From Hydrolagus affinis (lineage: Eukaryota): DNA of 64,000 nt. The notes beneath the pieces were generated by a model. That model saw nothing but the letters and a program-made list of their open reading frames with translations. It searched no databases and was not told where the DNA came from. Positions 62,370 to 64,000 of the stretch are shown in pieces; the first letter of the stretch is position 1; each line of letters starts with the position of its first letter. The stretch covers positions 1 through 64,000 of the forward strand of contig JAAILG010001325.1 in assembly GCA_012026655.1 (NCBI GenBank), written 5' to 3'. The translations under genes were made by a program, and so were the position numbers.

Positions 62370-62540
62370 AGTAATAATCCTTGCATTATTATTAGCTCCT
62401 TACCTCTTCGTTGAGGCGTCTCAAAGCGCTTCACAGATTACACTGTAAAGTGAATTGACTGTATATTTATGTATGTGGGCGAACCGTGGCAGCCAATTGC
62501 GCACGGCAGTGTCCCCCGCAAACAGTTGTGGATTGAGTAT
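62370..62540 (-). mobile_element. SINE 3' part
   Basis: Reverse complement of the tail and the Deu-like segment. Confidence 0.82.
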
Positions 62541-62894
62541 ATAAATAGATTATAGCTCGAGTGATTGGGGAGATGTATGAGCAGTGATCAGCCAACTCAT
62601 TCTTCCCACCGAGACGCCCGACGGAGTTGCTATTTAACGCTCTTATTCCTTGCGGAGAAAGTCACAGAAGAAGGAGGAAATTGGGACGCTTTTCTATGTG
62701 TGACTTCACGATTATTTTTGTTATTGCAAAAGCCAGGTAAACAAGGGCTAATTGGAATCAGTTTCTCTGATGTTTCCTGTAACCGAGCCCCCCCACTCCC
62801 CCCCGCCCCCCCCCCCCATCCACATTATAAACAAACACCATCCTTTGGTGCAGCACATGTCCTGCTTTTAAAGCATTAAAAACACTGTGTCACC

Positions 62895-63531
62895 AAATGG
62901 GATGCTGTAATAACGTTTAATGCAATTTTCGTTGGTAAGAAAAGAGCTTTTAATGGTTGCTCTTTTGTGTTTTGCTGCAGTTTCCGAGAGTTCTCTCGGA
63001 AGGGAGGGCTTCTCCTTATCCACGTGAATCAATTTCCCTTTTGATAAGGATTCCGTAATCTTCTCTCTCGTCCCTCAACTCCTGAAGATGGGAGACTGGC
63101 TTAAGCCTCACAAAGCAGAAACTTCTCCCCCCTCCTTACCATCCACCACACCCCGCCCCCTTCCTTCTCTGTGCCTGTTCTCATTGTGGTTAATAAGACC
63201 AAGAAGATGTCACTCGTGTTAAATAGACTGTTTCACATCAGTTTTCGGCGCAACTATTGATCCGCCCACTAAAGGTTTTCAGTCATTGTGAAACTGCTGT
63301 CAACACAGTTAATCAAACACTAGATTACATCTCAAGCAAATTCGACTACAAGTCAGAAAAGGTTATTACTCTCTATCATTGGCCAGGTCTCTGATAGAGA
63401 CCACATTTGGCAGCTTGTGTGTGAACAGGTTTGGGTGGTGGGGGGGGGGGAACCTGACCTCGAAAGCAACCATTAAAAGCTCTTTTCTTACCAACGAAAA
63501 TTGCATTAAACGTTATTACAGCATCCCATTT
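62895..63531. repeat. Perfect 67-bp inverted repeat pair, 503 bp apart
   Basis: 62895-62961 (aaatgggatgctg...aatggttgct) is the exact reverse complement of 63465-63531 (agcaaccatt...cagcatcccattt). Confidence 0.97.
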
Positions 63532-64000
63532 CACTGAATCATTTGGGAGAGGGAGCAGAGAAGTGAGAGGATGAATTGAATAATGAGACTTAACAGTTGT
63601 TGGGACTTGTTTTATATTGTAACAAAGATTGAGAGAGAGACAGTGTGGTGGGAGAGAGAGAAACGGGGACAGGATTTAGGCCTTTGTATCACTGAGGGGC
63701 GCAAGGGTGAAGCAGAGAAAGAGCTTTTATTATTTTGTTTTTATTTTCCTTAAGAAGCTGCTCTTCTGTCAAGACACTGCTGTGATCTGGGAGCAAAGTC
63801 GCAGCGACTCTCAAGCCAGGCAAACGGTGCCATCTTGTGATCAACCTCGGGACTTCGCACTGAGCGCCAGTTCAGCACCTATCCTCGGGGAAAACGTGAA
63901 TCCAAAGCAAATCAGTAAAGATCCGCAAGATTGGAAGAAGGCCCTTTAGCCTATCCGATTTCATCCCTCCACCCTACCCTTTCCCTCCCACCAGTCACCA

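Noticed and set aside
63871-63895. REST/RE1 site (ttcagcacc)
   Set aside because: Only the left half-site is present; there is no GGACAG half.

Overview
This is repeat-rich, apparently non-coding vertebrate genomic DNA with two 100-N assembly gaps. The repeat content points to a cartilaginous fish, probably a chimaera such as Callorhinchus; this is inferred from recalled family features, not from a search. I found no host protein-coding gene I can support. The supplied ORFs are short, and the recognisable ones are decayed L2/CR1 ORF2 fragments or SINE read-throughs. The window is dominated by dozens of copies of one tRNA-headed SINE (A/B boxes, CORE-like segment, Deu-like segment, L2-type stem-loop tail ending in (TTA)n). 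It also holds older Deu-type SINEs, L2 3' ends ending in (TTG)n and CR1 3' ends. Between them lie repeat-free blocks that look like regulatory or conserved non-coding elements, and CpG-retaining blocks at 2-10 kb that may be promoter or 5'UTR sequence. The most unusual structures are: (1) a 63-bp-arm foldback at 51101-51242 attached to a ~27-bp-period TCTAGAAC array; (2) a perfect 67-bp inverted repeat pair at 62895-63531; (3) a head-to-head pair of full-length SINEs at 60033-60817; (4) SINE subfamily structure, with a shared 14-bp head duplication and long versus short CORE-like forms. I cannot claim a new biological system from sequence alone. Repeat boundaries were read by eye and are approximate.
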